From NCBI GenBank assembly GCA_040954595.2, contig CM082585.2, positions 11,201,995 to 11,265,994 on the forward strand: a stretch of 64,000 bases of DNA, in the 5' to 3' direction. Positions 1-13,513 of this stretch are shown here, in pieces (position 1 is the stretch's first letter; each line of letters opens with the position of its first letter). The DNA is from Balanoglossus misakiensis (lineage: Eukaryota; Animalia; Hemichordata). The position numbers and the translations under genes were made by a program. Below the pieces are notes generated by a model. It worked only from the letters and a program-made list of their open reading frames with translations. It did no database searches and was not told the DNA's origin.

Positions 1-442
1 ATGTTCTGATTTCATAATGGTCATTGTTTTCTACTATTAAACACTGCGTGACTGAAAAAACTACATGCAATCACGCTACACCAGTTACATGAATAGCAGA
101 GCGCCCCCTATGGTCACTGTACTCAGAAAATCAACATACACTAGCAACTTTTCAGATACTGTTTGACTGTGGTATCTGTGTTCAACACGGTTTTCCATAC
201 CAAAGCTGGAAAGTTGGAACTAACAACTACAAATGGGTTCTGTGTGTTCAGACTGGATTTCCATTCTTGATAGTATAAGGTGAGCATTTCCATTTCCAAT
301 CTCACAGATAGATTCACTGTTGCTGTATACAAGTGAACTCCTATATCTTCAAAAGTTTTCTTCTTCAGGAACAGACACTATACGCATGTGTATGAGGCAT
401 AAATAATAATATAAACTGCCAATGTGTAAGTATACAAATGTC

Positions 443-2351
443 TTAGAACAACAACGGACCCCATAGCAATGGTCCCATTATCATTGCTCCAGCAGCAACC
501 CCAACAACTGCCCCTGTGGTAAAATCTCTGTCTCGGTTTGATTGCCTGTCATTAAGTATGATTGTCTCATGATTGGCTGGATTGGTATCTACAAGGAAAA
601 AGATCATAATGTGATTATTAAAAGTAGCTGTGAGGTGCACAGATGGCATAGTTAACCTTTTCATTGTCTTTCATCGAACAACAATACATGTACATGTGAT
701 GAATCTTGCCACCCTTCCCTACAAAATGTGGACAACTTAACACATTCATACCATCAACTCATTACTACAAGGTATTGTGTGTTTTGAAGAAAAATAACAC
801 AAATTAACAAATAAACTACGGGATCAGGTGGTGAGCAGGCAATCTGGAGTTTGGATATCACAGTAAATAATAAATTAAAAGAAGACTAAAAACAGAAAGC
901 AAACATGTGTGAGGTATACCTTGTCAGTCTTCATGCTTTTGTTAGTAATAGTAGTAACGGGTGCATCTTGTTGGTCCTGCTGGCATTGAGGAAACAGAAA
1001 TACATCTCACATGTATATCAATTTGAACAACAAGCACGGTACTGTATAACTGACAAACAGGATGTTAGATGAGCTGACAATTTGTGATACAAGCATTATG
1101 TGTGCTGATGAACATAAAAAAAAATGTTTACAGATGATTAACATTACATCTCTGGTGTTGGCTGGGATCAAGGAGTTGATGGTGTGAAATATGGCAATCA
1201 GATTTCAACATGAACACAATCGTCCTGTCAACTGTAACAAAATTTAAGCTTCTGTCCGCTTTACGCATTAAACAAGTGTACTTTTTCTCACACTACTTAC
1301 TGTAATCATAGTACACAGCTTGTCCAGGTGCGCTCTGAACCATGTACGTTGTGTTCGTAGACTGTGGATAGATCACAGTCTGGTGGCTGCCAGGTGTCAC
1401 CACAGTCTGTCCATTGGGGTAGGTAGTCGTGGTAACAGTATTGGCTCTGTAGGTTGGCATTGGCTGTCGATGGTGTATGACTGTTACGTTTTGATGTGGC
1501 ACCTGGACTGGCACTGGCTGGGGCTGCAGGAGACAAGTGTTAATACGATGAGTGGACATTCTTACAACAGGCCAGGAAAGCAAGTGTAGCTCTACATTAC
1601 TACGGCATAGAGATTTGCTAAAAGACACTGCAAAAACACAGTACTGTCAAGTAAAGTACGTAGCAAAGTTAAGACAGCAGCCACAGAGACAAACTCACCG
1701 GAGCTATAGCTTTCATCTGCTCCAATGCTATGACCCAGGCTTTGCAGTCATCAGAGTTTTCGGCACAAAGCACGACGGTGTTATCGTAAGTCTTGATGGA
1801 GATCAAGCTATCGTAATGTCGACCTTCTGGTGGCCTGGCATCACGTACTGAATACGCAGACTATGGATAGAGAGAGAAAAGGGCAAAATCGTTCTTAATT
1901 CAGTGAGTTGTCAACATGCTTACCCACAAAAAAATTATAGTGACTGATCTGACCCCCCCCCCCTCCAGTGCATGTATGTCCAATATGTTTACGGCAGGAT
2001 AAATTTATTATTTACCGTGATATATTTGACGTCTCTATTAATTCGTATGACAACTTCTCTCTCGCCTCTGCTTTCATCTGAGTAACAAGCAAAGCCACCA
2101 TCACCATACAGTACACACCATTGCCTCTTCCATCGTTTGAGAAACTCAGCTACAAAAACAAAACAAACAAACATTCAACTTTCAATGACTTAACTTTCAA
2201 TGTATATTGGCCACCGGCAATTTTAAACTTCTGACAGTACAAATATTTGACTTATTGCTTGCTTCTTGGATTATAATAATTTCATTTCTAACTTACACTG
2301 TCTGTGCATCCATCCTGCCTTCGCAATGAAACCCTCTGGTGCTGATGCCAT
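443..2351 (-). CDS. PLEKHB: Pleckstrin homology domain-containing family B (evectin)-like protein; 5 coding exons
   Basis: Exons 2297-2351, 2016-2149, 1699-1860, 1301-1523 and 443-588 have GT-AG ends and join in frame. N-terminal PH domain (KAGWMHRQSEFLKRWKRQWCVLYGDG...LCAENSDDCKAWVIALEQ), Pro/Tyr/Gln-rich linker, and evectin-type hydrophobic C-terminal anchor (DRDFTTGAVVGVAAGAMIMGPLLWGPLLF*). Confidence 0.88.
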
Positions 2352-2799
2352 TGTTTCAATGGTACTCTAGATGATTTTCCTAAAAAAATGTACGGAAATG
2401 TACAATGTATTATATGTGCTATTAAGGATCACATGATCATTTTCACAAGAGTAAATGACCATGTATTGCTAATGCTTTATATTTGTATACTTTATTCACT
2501 CTCTAACTCATTATTTATTCACTCTCTCCCTAATTCATTCATTATGGTTTTCCCCTCTTTAGTAAGTAGTAATAGCCCATGATTGCATTTAGCTTTCAAG
2601 TTGTTGACAACATGGAGGTAGGAAGTCTCCATGTTGACAACTAAACTTGTCCATGCAACGACATACACCGCCCCCTCCCCAATGTTTTAAGACACTCTAT
2701 TCTGGTCGACACTACCCCATCGAGCTTCCTCCTCATATTCGGCTTACCGATCGTCTCAACAATGATGGGAATACATTGAACTAACGTGATTGAAAAATA

Positions 2800-4100
2800 A
2801 ATGACGACACGACCAGCAAACACACATGAATGTCTATTTCTTTCTACGTCGTCAAGCTTGTTCATTTCCGGATGTGTCGCAACGATCCATAACATTTCAA
2901 AACGAAAGTCCACTGCCTTGAATTTATATTCTTTCAAAAGCTCCCCTTTATAATATTTGTTAAAACACTCACCTTTATTGTTTTATCCGTATAATTTCTT
3001 GAGTATTTCCGCGCAAGAACGTTTTTTCTGTGATGATGCGATCTCACCTGACCTGATATATTTCACTTTGCGTTCTGCGCATACATATTTACGCATAAAC
3101 GTCAGAGGTGGTCGAGGTCACCGACATCATTCAGGTACGTGGAGTGTTTTTGTGTTAAACGTACGTATTATACCTTTAAAATTCTAGTTTTCAGGCACAT
3201 CAGACTCTCGGTAATTTTATCAAATGTTCCTTATATTCCAAGGAGGCCGCCGATAAACATTGGAGGGGATTTGGGTGCGGCGATTATTCGTAAGTGCGTA
3301 AATTTCTTTGCTCATTCAAGCTTGCGGAGTGAAACGTTATGGCTGCATTACTACATCATCATACCGTGCATAGATAGCGCGAAAGGGAAATTGACTAACA
3401 CTCAACAAAATGTCCGATTTTGGTTAAGCCAAGAAAAAACAGTTGTCTGAATCTATAACTTCGTGTAACGCGGACTGTTTCAGTCGATCTCAAGTTGGGA
3501 GTCCGCGTATCGTGTAGGATTTGTTTTTGTCGTTTCGGCATTGTGTACAATTTGCAACAGTATGTTCGCGCATCGCATCGCTGGCCGATCGGTCGTTGTT
3601 GATACATTCAAAACATGCAGGGTGTCATCGGGGATTACAGAGCCCGCACCGGCCCAGCCCAGTCACATTGGTTCGTTCCCAAAGCCTGTCTGCACCAGCT
3701 GGTCACGTTTTTGCATCCATTTAACACGAATCGCTTCGCGATCACGGGTGATTTCAATATAGAGATATTTTCCACCGGTGAAAAAGCGATTGCAAATATA
3801 AACACTTTCTCTTTCACACAAAAAAGTCGCAGTTAAAAGTAAATGTTGAATTTTGAACGTAACCCGACGAATATCTGTTGATTAGATCGAGTGTTTCAGT
3901 GGGCTTCCCGATCGTTTTCACACAAAGAACCGAAATCAGTGTGCTCCTGAAATGTACATGTAATCTTATTGATTTTCACTTTCTGGGACTTCAATGCGTT
4001 CAACGTTTACGAAAATGGAGGCCATCTTGTCTGTTCGTGGGTCAACAAAACTTAGAAGGTGTAATTTATTCATGTCTTTGTGTCCGTTTCGGCACTCAAA
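2800..4100. promoter_or_regulatory. Probable divergent promoter region between PLEKHB (-) and FAM168 (+)
   Basis: Many more CpGs than the flanks. A minus-strand donor (CAG|GTGAGA) near 3047 fits a PLEKHB 5'UTR exon. ETS-like CCGGATGT near 2868 and a YY1-like GCCATCTT near 4021. Start sites are not resolvable by eye. Confidence 0.4.
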
Positions 4101-7100
4101 GTACATGTAATCCCACCTGTAAAAACCTTGCCTCTATCTCAACTGTCCTATGAATTACGTCACAAGTGTCCTTTGTAAGGCTTGCCAGTGTTAAAATTAT
4201 TTTACAGCCAGGAAATGGGCTACTGGACTATAACAGTTCCGTGTCAATTAAAACACTGGCCAACTGCAATTGATGAATGACACCGGGAAAGGACAGAAGA
4301 GAGAATCAGTCTTTTAAAAAATGCATTGTTGATGTGGACTAGTTAGAATCCAACGTTTTTCATCCAATCCTAGCAATGGATGTTACAGGCAGGACCCAGG
4401 GAGTATATGTGTCACCCAAATCACACTTGCTGCAATATTGGATGCATAAGAATTTGTCAAAACATTAAGTTGAATTTCATCTACATTCAGTGGTATCTGT
4501 TAGTAACTTCACACGGCCATGCCACTCATAGCTAACCCCACACCTAAACATCCTTGACTTTCAATATCGCTGACCCTCTTCAAGGTCGAAGATATACATA
4601 TCCCCTTCTGTACTACTTGTCTGGTAGCTTATCTTTGTGTTAGGCTCATTGTCAAATCACGCTTTCGATGCATGGATTCAACACCCACTGACTAAGCGAT
4701 GGTCCACTTTGTATATCCAGACAAAAAAGAAAACATGTTCCATCTTACATACTACCGGTAGAATAAGGGAAAGTGACCAGTTTTCATCCATTGTATTTTC
4801 GATATTCATTATTAAAATGATCTCCCACAAAAAGGAATCCAGTATTTGTAGATGCAGTTCATGTACAAAAACACACAACATTGTATTATGCTCAGATGTA
4901 ATATTTCTACTTTAAAGATGTGCTGCTGAATTGAATGTAGACGATACGATGGTGTATGATTTGACTTAAAAAAACATCAGAATTTCAATTCAAACCACCC
5001 CACTGACATTTCTACAGTCACACCGCTCACTTTGGCTGCAGCAAAACAAAGCAAAGAAGTGATAAAAGGCCTAATCAACAGCTACGGAAATTGCATACTG
5101 GCCGTCCCAGTGGTAATTTGAAGTTGGCTTGTAATTTCAAATCAGGGAAAGAAATGCCTGCAGTCAGAGTGTGTTAATCGCAGCCGTGTTATTTTGTAAG
5201 AGTGTGATAACATGAAAGCACTCGCCTTCAGAGAAAAAGCGGCCTTTAAAACAGGACTGATGTTTAATGCAGGAAATAAAATCCAGTATGTGGTTTTCGA
5301 CTTCATTTCTGTAATAGCCTATGCAGAGAACGGGAAACTGGTCTTCAAAACCGGAGAAAGGGTCTCTTTTGTTGTATGTATGTATTATTATTATTGGCTT
5401 GAGTTGTCTTGTGCAGTGGGGGAAAATTTCAGAATTGAAAAAAAAACCTGCTGCGTTTCGAAATTGTCTCATCAAAGTAGGAGTCCTCTTCAGTTTGACA
5501 AATGTTTGGGTAGGTCAAATGTGAAAGGTCACATGGGCATCCATTTATTTTCGTTGAAAAATACATCAAGGTTAAAATTACTGTGTAATAAAATCGACAT
5601 TTTTATGATGGATTCAATTTTGAAGGTAATGTGTGTGAAGTTTTTTTGATAGCATAGTAATTTCCATCTAAAATTAATCTGAAATGTCTATTTAGTGACG
5701 CAAAGTTTTTTTTCTTAATTATCAAAAGGCAATTTTAAATGCATGGCTGCAGTAATAATTTAAAATTGCATTATTAACATGATTGATATCATTCCCTACC
5801 CCCACAAAGATAGGGTTGTGACTCTGTAAACAGGATCACCATAGCAACTAGCATGTTGACAGGTATTGATTTGAATATCAAATGCCAAATTCTATTTTTT
5901 GCCAAAGGATATATCTGGTTGCAATTTCTCCCCTTGTTAAATGCTGCGCTACTGTGAAACTGATCAACAATATTGCACATGGCCGTTTTAATAATATTTT
6001 GAAAATTTGTACATTTATCATGTTGGTTCGTAGGTCGTAAACATAACCGCTCAAAGGGTTTATTTCAATTTTTCGCATTATTCTTTGCAACAGAATCAAA
6101 CGAGTACCGTATGTGGCGTTGAGGCAGCTATGCAAATTTGCTAATCAAATATTATCTGGACTGTTCCATACTGACATGTGTGCCAAGATGTATTGTGTTA
6201 TTGAAACAGCTTCCATCCTTCATTCATCTGAAAGAGCAGATATTGACTGAATTCTGTGGTTACATTTTTATTCTCTAAAATGTTATATACGTTTATTATT
6301 GAAATTTTAAAATTACGTGGATTACGAATATGGAAGTCAGGAGAAAAGCTTATTTTGTTTTTGTGTTTAAAACTTATTATTCAGAATTACTGTTCATCAC
6401 GGTTATATTGTTCTGTTTAGTTTATTTTAGAGCAAAACAGAAGGCTTTATTTTTTATCAGACGATGATTACATGTACACAGAAACATACAATGTCACAGA
6501 GTGTTTGATGTGCACACAGAAATGACGGATGACATCACCGTAGGAAGCAGCCATGTCTCGGCCATGATATTATTATTACAGTATTCTTCTTGATTGAATA
6601 TGTCTGATGCACAGATACATGTTGTTTTCACAGCGACTGTTGATTGGCCAATATGGCAGGCTGGACTCTGTGTACACATAGGAAACAATGAGACAGGCTT
6701 TAGGGCACACACCAATTTAAACATCTCCAGCATTAAGGATGGGTCGACACACTACCTATATTACAGCAACGTTGGGAACCGAAAGCATTTTAGAAATAAA
6801 ACATCTATACAGTTGCTTGTATCTAGCTGTAATTGTATGTGGACAACAATAGGCAGCATTCATTGCATACAGCATGATCATATGTGTTGAGAAATGTTCT
6901 GAGGAAAAACTACAGTATTTGAAAACCCCAAGTGATTGGAATTACAAACACAACAGCGCTTTTGTCATTCCATTTGTCCACATGATTGAACCTGACACGC
7001 CACAGGATGTGACCCCTGACCCCAAAACCGTTGCGACCATTTTACACCTATTTAGCATCACAAAGCAGTTGAAAGGGTTAAGTGTACTGATTGGTTGAGG

Positions 7101-7575
7101 CTACATTATTGACTGTTAAATACATCTTGTAAATTGTGCATTGTCGTTATTTGCTCTTTCACATTTTCTGCTACTGTGGAATTTTGAACAAATGAGCATA
7201 CGAGTCCTGTTCGAACAATGTCTGAGTTGAAATAGTTTTCCCAACTGTCATCCTTGTCGGTAAATGTGGCAGAATGTACATCAAAAGGCATATGTAAATT
7301 GTAATGACAGTATAATTTTCAAGAATGCTTATTTACAAGTATTAAGTTAGTGCAAAATTGCTCAATTTCAAACCTTTCAATTCATATACGTACACAATGA
7401 ATCAGAAGAAAGGTATTTCAGAAATTCACCCAAGCTGCCAAGTGTTGCATGTTTGAACAACGCTGTATATTTGAAATCTGTCTGCATGAAGACTGACCCA
7501 CAATTGTTGGATTATTAACCTCATTTTCTCCATCACTGATTGGTTCTCTGTTTTATATTTTGCAGATCAATTTCT

Positions 7576-9451
7576 ATGAATCCATCATATCAACAAACTG
7601 CAGGGGGTTTCCCTAGCAATGGTAAGTTTCCTAGCATTTAATGTCTGTATACAGGAAATATAGCAAGGATGTGTTTTTAGATACAAATTGAGATTCTACA
7701 TAAAAATATTGATATTTTGATTGACTTTGTGACATGGATATTAATATTTACACCACCCATCAAATAAGCTGCCATGTTCATATGTAGAGATTGTACATCA
7801 ACAACTGGTTGATATTTCCGCCATGGTTCTTACAGGCCCCACATATCCACCAACCCCAGGAAGTGCCGGGTCACACACGTCAGCTCTTGGGTACAATCCG
7901 AATGTAATACCCGGAGCAAGCTCAAGCTATCCTTACACAACTCCGGCATCAACGGGTGAGTATCTGGAATGTAATTCCACAACCCGGAAGAGTTCAATGC
8001 CTCTTCTGTCTAAGAAACCACAATGAGGAGTACAGTGCAAGTTTATGCCTACAAGGATGATGCCAGAAAACACACTTGATACAGGCACTGGCAGTAGTAG
8101 TAGAAGGAAGGATAATGGTCTACATTATGGAAGAAATTTTGAGATCTGTCTTTCGCTTTGTCGTCAGGTACTTATATGCCACAAGGACAATCCAGTCTCC
8201 ATCAGCCTCTGTTCAAGACAGGACCCCCAACCTACAGCCAAGCATCAACTCCTACAGGTGCACCACCACCCTACACACCAACTCCTACCTACACATACCA
8301 GGTAAACCGTGCATTTTATAACAGTGTATATTGTAATCAGTCTACTCTACATTGCTCATCATAGTTTCAGTTTTGAAGCACATTTATTTCATAAATTTGC
8401 ATGTATCAAAGTTATGGATCTATGCAACATGGCATTTATGAGTCGTCTCCCTTCTTTTTCCATTACAGCCACCTCATCTCGGTGCACCACAGTACGTGAC
8501 ACCACAGCCAACATACCCATCACCAATGGTGCAGTATACGCCACAGTACAGCCCATCACCCGTGATTCACCACACCACAGTTGTGCAACAGCCAGTAAGG
8601 ACAGTTTATGTGCCAGGTCGTCCTGTAAGGGTTTCTCCTCTCAAAGCAAGAAAATACCACAATTTATTTCAACATGTCTGACTCACAGAAACTCCTTGCT
8701 AAACTTTTTCTTCTGACAAAATCTAATTAATAGTTAGAAAATGAAATCTCTTAGTTTCCCTCCTCTCAATGCCTCACACTCTTAACCTTCCACCCCCACG
8801 TTTCTTGTACAGTGGAATGATCTTGTTTTGACAGTCCAAGAACTTGGGGATTGGATCATGTCAAGTTGTCTGTCAACTGTCATTTCTCATTCCATAAAGG
8901 ACAGGGGTTGAAAGGTTAAGAGAAATTGGAACTTTTTATATCTATTCATAATATATAATAGTAATTTTTATAACTAATTCCTCACTGTAAAATTGTAGAT
9001 TAAATTAAATCTGTACTAACAACTAGAATTGAACACTATTTAAGTCTTTAACATTCTGATCATTCTAATCAATGTACTGATAATTGTTGAAGTTCTTTGG
9101 AATTTGAAATCAGAACAGATGACTCAGCTTCAGTATGTCAGGTGCTATACAAAAAACAGTCATGTCAAACTACAGTGTGAATTTGAAAGGAAAGATGAGT
9201 ACTACAATCACGTGAAGAATAGCCACTGTTGACAAAAATACCACATGGGTAGCCTTTGTTGATCAGCTTATTCAAGACTCTAATTTCATCTGACTCGACA
9301 ATTCTGAATTTAATTTCAGTATGACAGCGGTATGCCAGGCGGAATGTCTGCCAGTTCAGCCCTCAGTATGGCCGCCATGCAGCGCCCAGCTCCGTATCCA
9401 TCTCCGTACCACGCCCCCTACCAACCACGCCTTGGATACCACTGGTGGTAA
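7576..9451 (+). CDS. FAM168: FAM168 (TCRP1/MANI)-like proline/tyrosine-rich protein; 5 coding exons
   Basis: Exons 7576-7621, 7836-7955, 8168-8301, 8469-8624 and 9320-9451 join in frame. Starts MNPSY, contains the family motif VIHHTTVVQ and PPxY motifs (PPTY, PPPY), and ends YHWW*. AT-rich 3' region with AATAAA near 12137 and 12390. Confidence 0.82.
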
Positions 9452-12400
9452 GAAATGCCGTACCAACAAACCGGTGTACTGGTGCTGTACCTTGCAGGTG
9501 CCAAGTACACTGCAGCATGCCAACGAAAATAATGATTACAGATATGAAATACTATTATGAACCACAATGTTTGAACTCAGCCCTGACCTGCTTGAACTAT
9601 GACCCGTAAACCTCACTATTTGGCCTGTAGCTATTAATCAAATGTCTGCTTTTTGTGTGCAAAAACAGATTTTTTTAAGTTGTTCAGAACTGCATCACGC
9701 GTGTACTGCAGTGTCACATATGCCCATCATGGTTCCTCTATCTTTTTCAGGGATTTGCAAGGAGCAGGGGCCAAATATTACAAAGGAACATGAGTTCTCA
9801 GAAGACAAGATTCCTAACACACTTTGCGGCCCCTCACACAAAACGAAAGAGGTGATAAAAATTGATAATGTGTCTGATTCATCAGACATTTCTGAATGAA
9901 TGCAGATTTGTAGCTTTTGTGAAGAATATTTCAAAGGTTTAATTTTTTCTGGTCGAAGTCTTTTTTTAAGTTAAGAGTCTGAAACAGGGCAGTACATCAC
10001 TGCAGTTCTCAATAACTTGGCTTGCGTTACATTTTCAAGTATGATTTTCTAAGTGTGTATATTTTTGGTGAGTTGTCACCGAAAAGGACAATCTGATACA
10101 TTCTGTTAACTAGTTCAGATTGCTCCTAAGATGGAATATTAATAGTACACTATATTTCATCAAAATCAAGACAAGGGGTATGTATGTACATGTCAAATTG
10201 GGAGAAGTCTTTACAATGTTACATCCATGTGGCATTGCAATTATCATTGGGCCCTGGAAACTGTGTTTGTTACGTGTGTAGCGCCCTCTATAGACCAAAC
10301 CAACAATTCACTCCCTCACGCCTGACTTATTTTTTACAGAGGCTGATACAAGTTACATTACTATGTTATCTCAACAGCTGTGCAATGCAAAATTAATTGT
10401 CTTGACCTCTAGAGAACACTATAAGCAGTTCCTGCAAATGTGAAGGCACATCGCGTTTGTTATCAGTTATCAATTGAAATATCCTCCTTTGTAATATCCA
10501 AACTAATTCCTCAATAGAATTAATTTGTACAAATTCAAATTTGACAAATTAGCAGTGTCACCAACTTCAGTGCTCAATTTTAAGGAAAGAAGCGATAACC
10601 AACTCTTGTTCATATAAATCATGGAAAAGTTAAGAAAATTTTTGTGCAGAGCTTGTAGTTCTGCCAGTGACTCCATCAGAGAGTTGTTTAGAGGATGGCT
10701 TTATATTGACATGGGTTAATATCCTTTGGAGTGTGTGTCACATTTTGTCTGTATGTATGTATGTGTGTGTCTGTGTGTATGTGTCAGTATGAAATATGTG
10801 CATATGGACTCATGGGCAAATTGTGTTGTAGGTTCTGAATGCAAAGTACCGTACTACTGCCAAACTTATTTTTTGAACATTTCTGTACCGATCGGCAATC
10901 ACCTCTTTTTCTTTTGGAACTGCAGAAAAGCAGACTGACTCGTGAATTATAGTGGTTGGGGTTCAATTTTGATCTTTAGGTTACCAACATTGTAAGTTCT
11001 TCAGCAAAGAGGTTGATGAAAAATCATGTACATGTACTGTATCGTGTGTCAAAGGAAATGCTGATTTTTGGGGGGGTTGTGAACTTTTTGGAACATGTCA
11101 GTCTTTTCTGCAACAGGCTCAGAACATAGTAATTGTTGTGAAGGGGAGTTTCAAATGTTGTCCAGCATTTTATGTTCTCTGCCATGTGTTGGAGCATCAC
11201 TGTTATCTTAAAATAAATTTCACGGTCTGCTAATATATTAATTGTCACAAATAGTGACAGCAAATTCTATCACATTTTTGGAAATCAAAATTGATACACA
11301 AGATATCACTCTGAAGTACACACAATTACCACGTCCAGCTGTTCCCTGGCCAACTATTTCATAACATGTTTGGTTAGTGAGAGAAAATATACCAAGCATA
11401 TTTTGCCAAATTATATGGTTGATTGGATGTGGACATCCTGAAAAGTTGTGTAAAATGCTGAATACATTTTCACAGAATGTTACTGCCAAATTTAAAAAAG
11501 TAACAAGGGTGCACACCACAGACAAGACTGTCATTTTTATAGTAAGCTTTAATGTCAGCTCAACAAACTGTAACCATGGTAACATTTCGCATGATGGCAT
11601 CCTATCTCTGTAATGGACAGTTACAGTTTGAGTAAAATGTATTGTTTCTGAATGAAATCATTATCCCATGTTTATTAGTCTTCCAAAAATAGTCAAGATT
11701 TTTTTTTCCTGGATCATTTTTTCAATAGAACTGTTTATAAAACTTTTTTTTTCAGTAATTTGAATTGCTGAGTGTCTGAGGCTTAAAGTTTACAACCAAT
11801 TTTTATAGTCTGCCATATTTGTTTTCATCACCTACAACTTCCCTCCCAATCCCAGTTAGACTTCCATCAGTGTTCTCTGTTTATTATCATTTCTAGTTGT
11901 CATTTATGGATTTTATTGTTTAAAGTACAGAATCCCAGAGTGGCTGAAGAAATTCACAGTGGCCCGAAGGTGCCCTTCAAAATGTTTGAACTCTTTCAAA
12001 AACAATACATGTACACTGCTCCCATCTGAGTAAAATTATTCAAAGCTGGATATTAAACTTTGAGGCTGACCACAACAAAAATACTTTCATGTAAATTATT
12101 CTTTTTATTTTTTTTGTAGAATTGCTGTAGTATTTAAATAAAAAAAATGCTTTGTATAAAAGATTGCCGGGATGAGTTTTAGTAGTATTTCTATGTAAGA
12201 CTTTTAAAATTATCTAATCGTATAGCCTTCTAAAGGCAGTCCAAGTTATATTCAAGTTGTGTCTCTGCCAAGCGTACAAATTTCAAAATGCTGCCAACGC
12301 AGCATGTATATTTGGTTTTTGTATCCATTTGGGGTATGTACTTTTATTAGAATTGACTGACACATTCTTGCAATGTAACTAAAGAACTCAATAAAAGAAC

Positions 12401-13513
12401 AATGTGTATGGGCATTCTGTGTTCGATTGGTGTCTGAATTCTTCTCCAGAATAGCTAATTTTGACAGCTTTGTGCCAGTATCTCCATGTTACTGTATATG
12501 TTCCTTTTAAGTTTTATCAACTTATTCTTTGTTTTTGTTTCTGGTTACCAGACCAACCCAATAATTTGTGACCAAAAAATGACACAATATTACGATGTTG
12601 ACCATCTATAAAAAAAATGACGACTTACCATGCCACATATAGATATCTACATGGCTGTCCATTTCTGTCATTCAGGGCGGACGTGCACTCGGTATTTCTT
12701 CGGAAATGAAGTGAAGACGTGTGTAATGTCCCGAATCAAAACTTTCATTCACCGCGAATGTAAGCATGGAGAGTCCCTGTCTGCGCCGTATACATGCCCG
12801 GTCCAATTCTTTGAGGTTCATCCTGCCGACACAGGTTCAAGAAAATGACAACGTGAACGTTTTTACTTCCACTTTCAATACCACACTTTCCGAATTGCAT
12901 TGCATTAATACAAATACCAGTAAAAATTCTGTGTTCGCTAGAAAGGAGTCGAATATCCGTTGTCTACTTCCTCGTCATATTTTTCTTTTGAAGCGTTTGG
13001 TTTACTTCCCTGGGCGAATCACCCACGTGCCGCAGCTCTTTCGTCGTATATGGCGAGGTCACCTGGCCCAGCTAGCACATGTGAAATAGCAGAAAGAAAG
13101 TCTCGTTTTACCACACTCAGAAACACCACAATAGTCGCACAAACGAAAAATTATCGTTACCTTATTTCCAACTGCACTGGATATGTTCAACTTCACCTAA
13201 ACACAGTAGTTTTGGCAAAAATTGCACTTTTCAAATATTAGTACGAGCCTCGGTGAACATCGTCTGTCACTTTGACTACCGGAACTGCCGTTCGATGACG
13301 GAAGAAGCTATGCAATCTGGGATACCCGAAAGAGACATGAACGCGCGACATAAGAATTCTGTTTCCGAGAGCGCGTTTCTAAGTTTCTTCCATCATGTTC
13401 CACTGCGTTCGGTTTATTCTTCAGTCCGAAGTTGTTCCGTTTCATTTGAACGTGTGAATCAGGAGTAAAAAAAGTCATTTTCAAATTCCTAATTACAAAC
13501 AGGCCTTCTCACG

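Noticed and set aside
919-980. Possible extra PLEKHB exon (DQQDAPVTTITNKSMKTDK)
   Set aside because: Its open frame is phase 0 while the flanking junction is phase 1, where it hits a stop. Exon 1301 joins 588 cleanly without it.
4300-7300. Coding-like fragments, including the 145-aa ORF 5212-5649, upstream of the FAM168 coding exons
   Set aside because: Frequent stops and no recognisable domain or terminal repeats. It may be a decayed transposon, but this needs a RepeatMasker or tblastx search.
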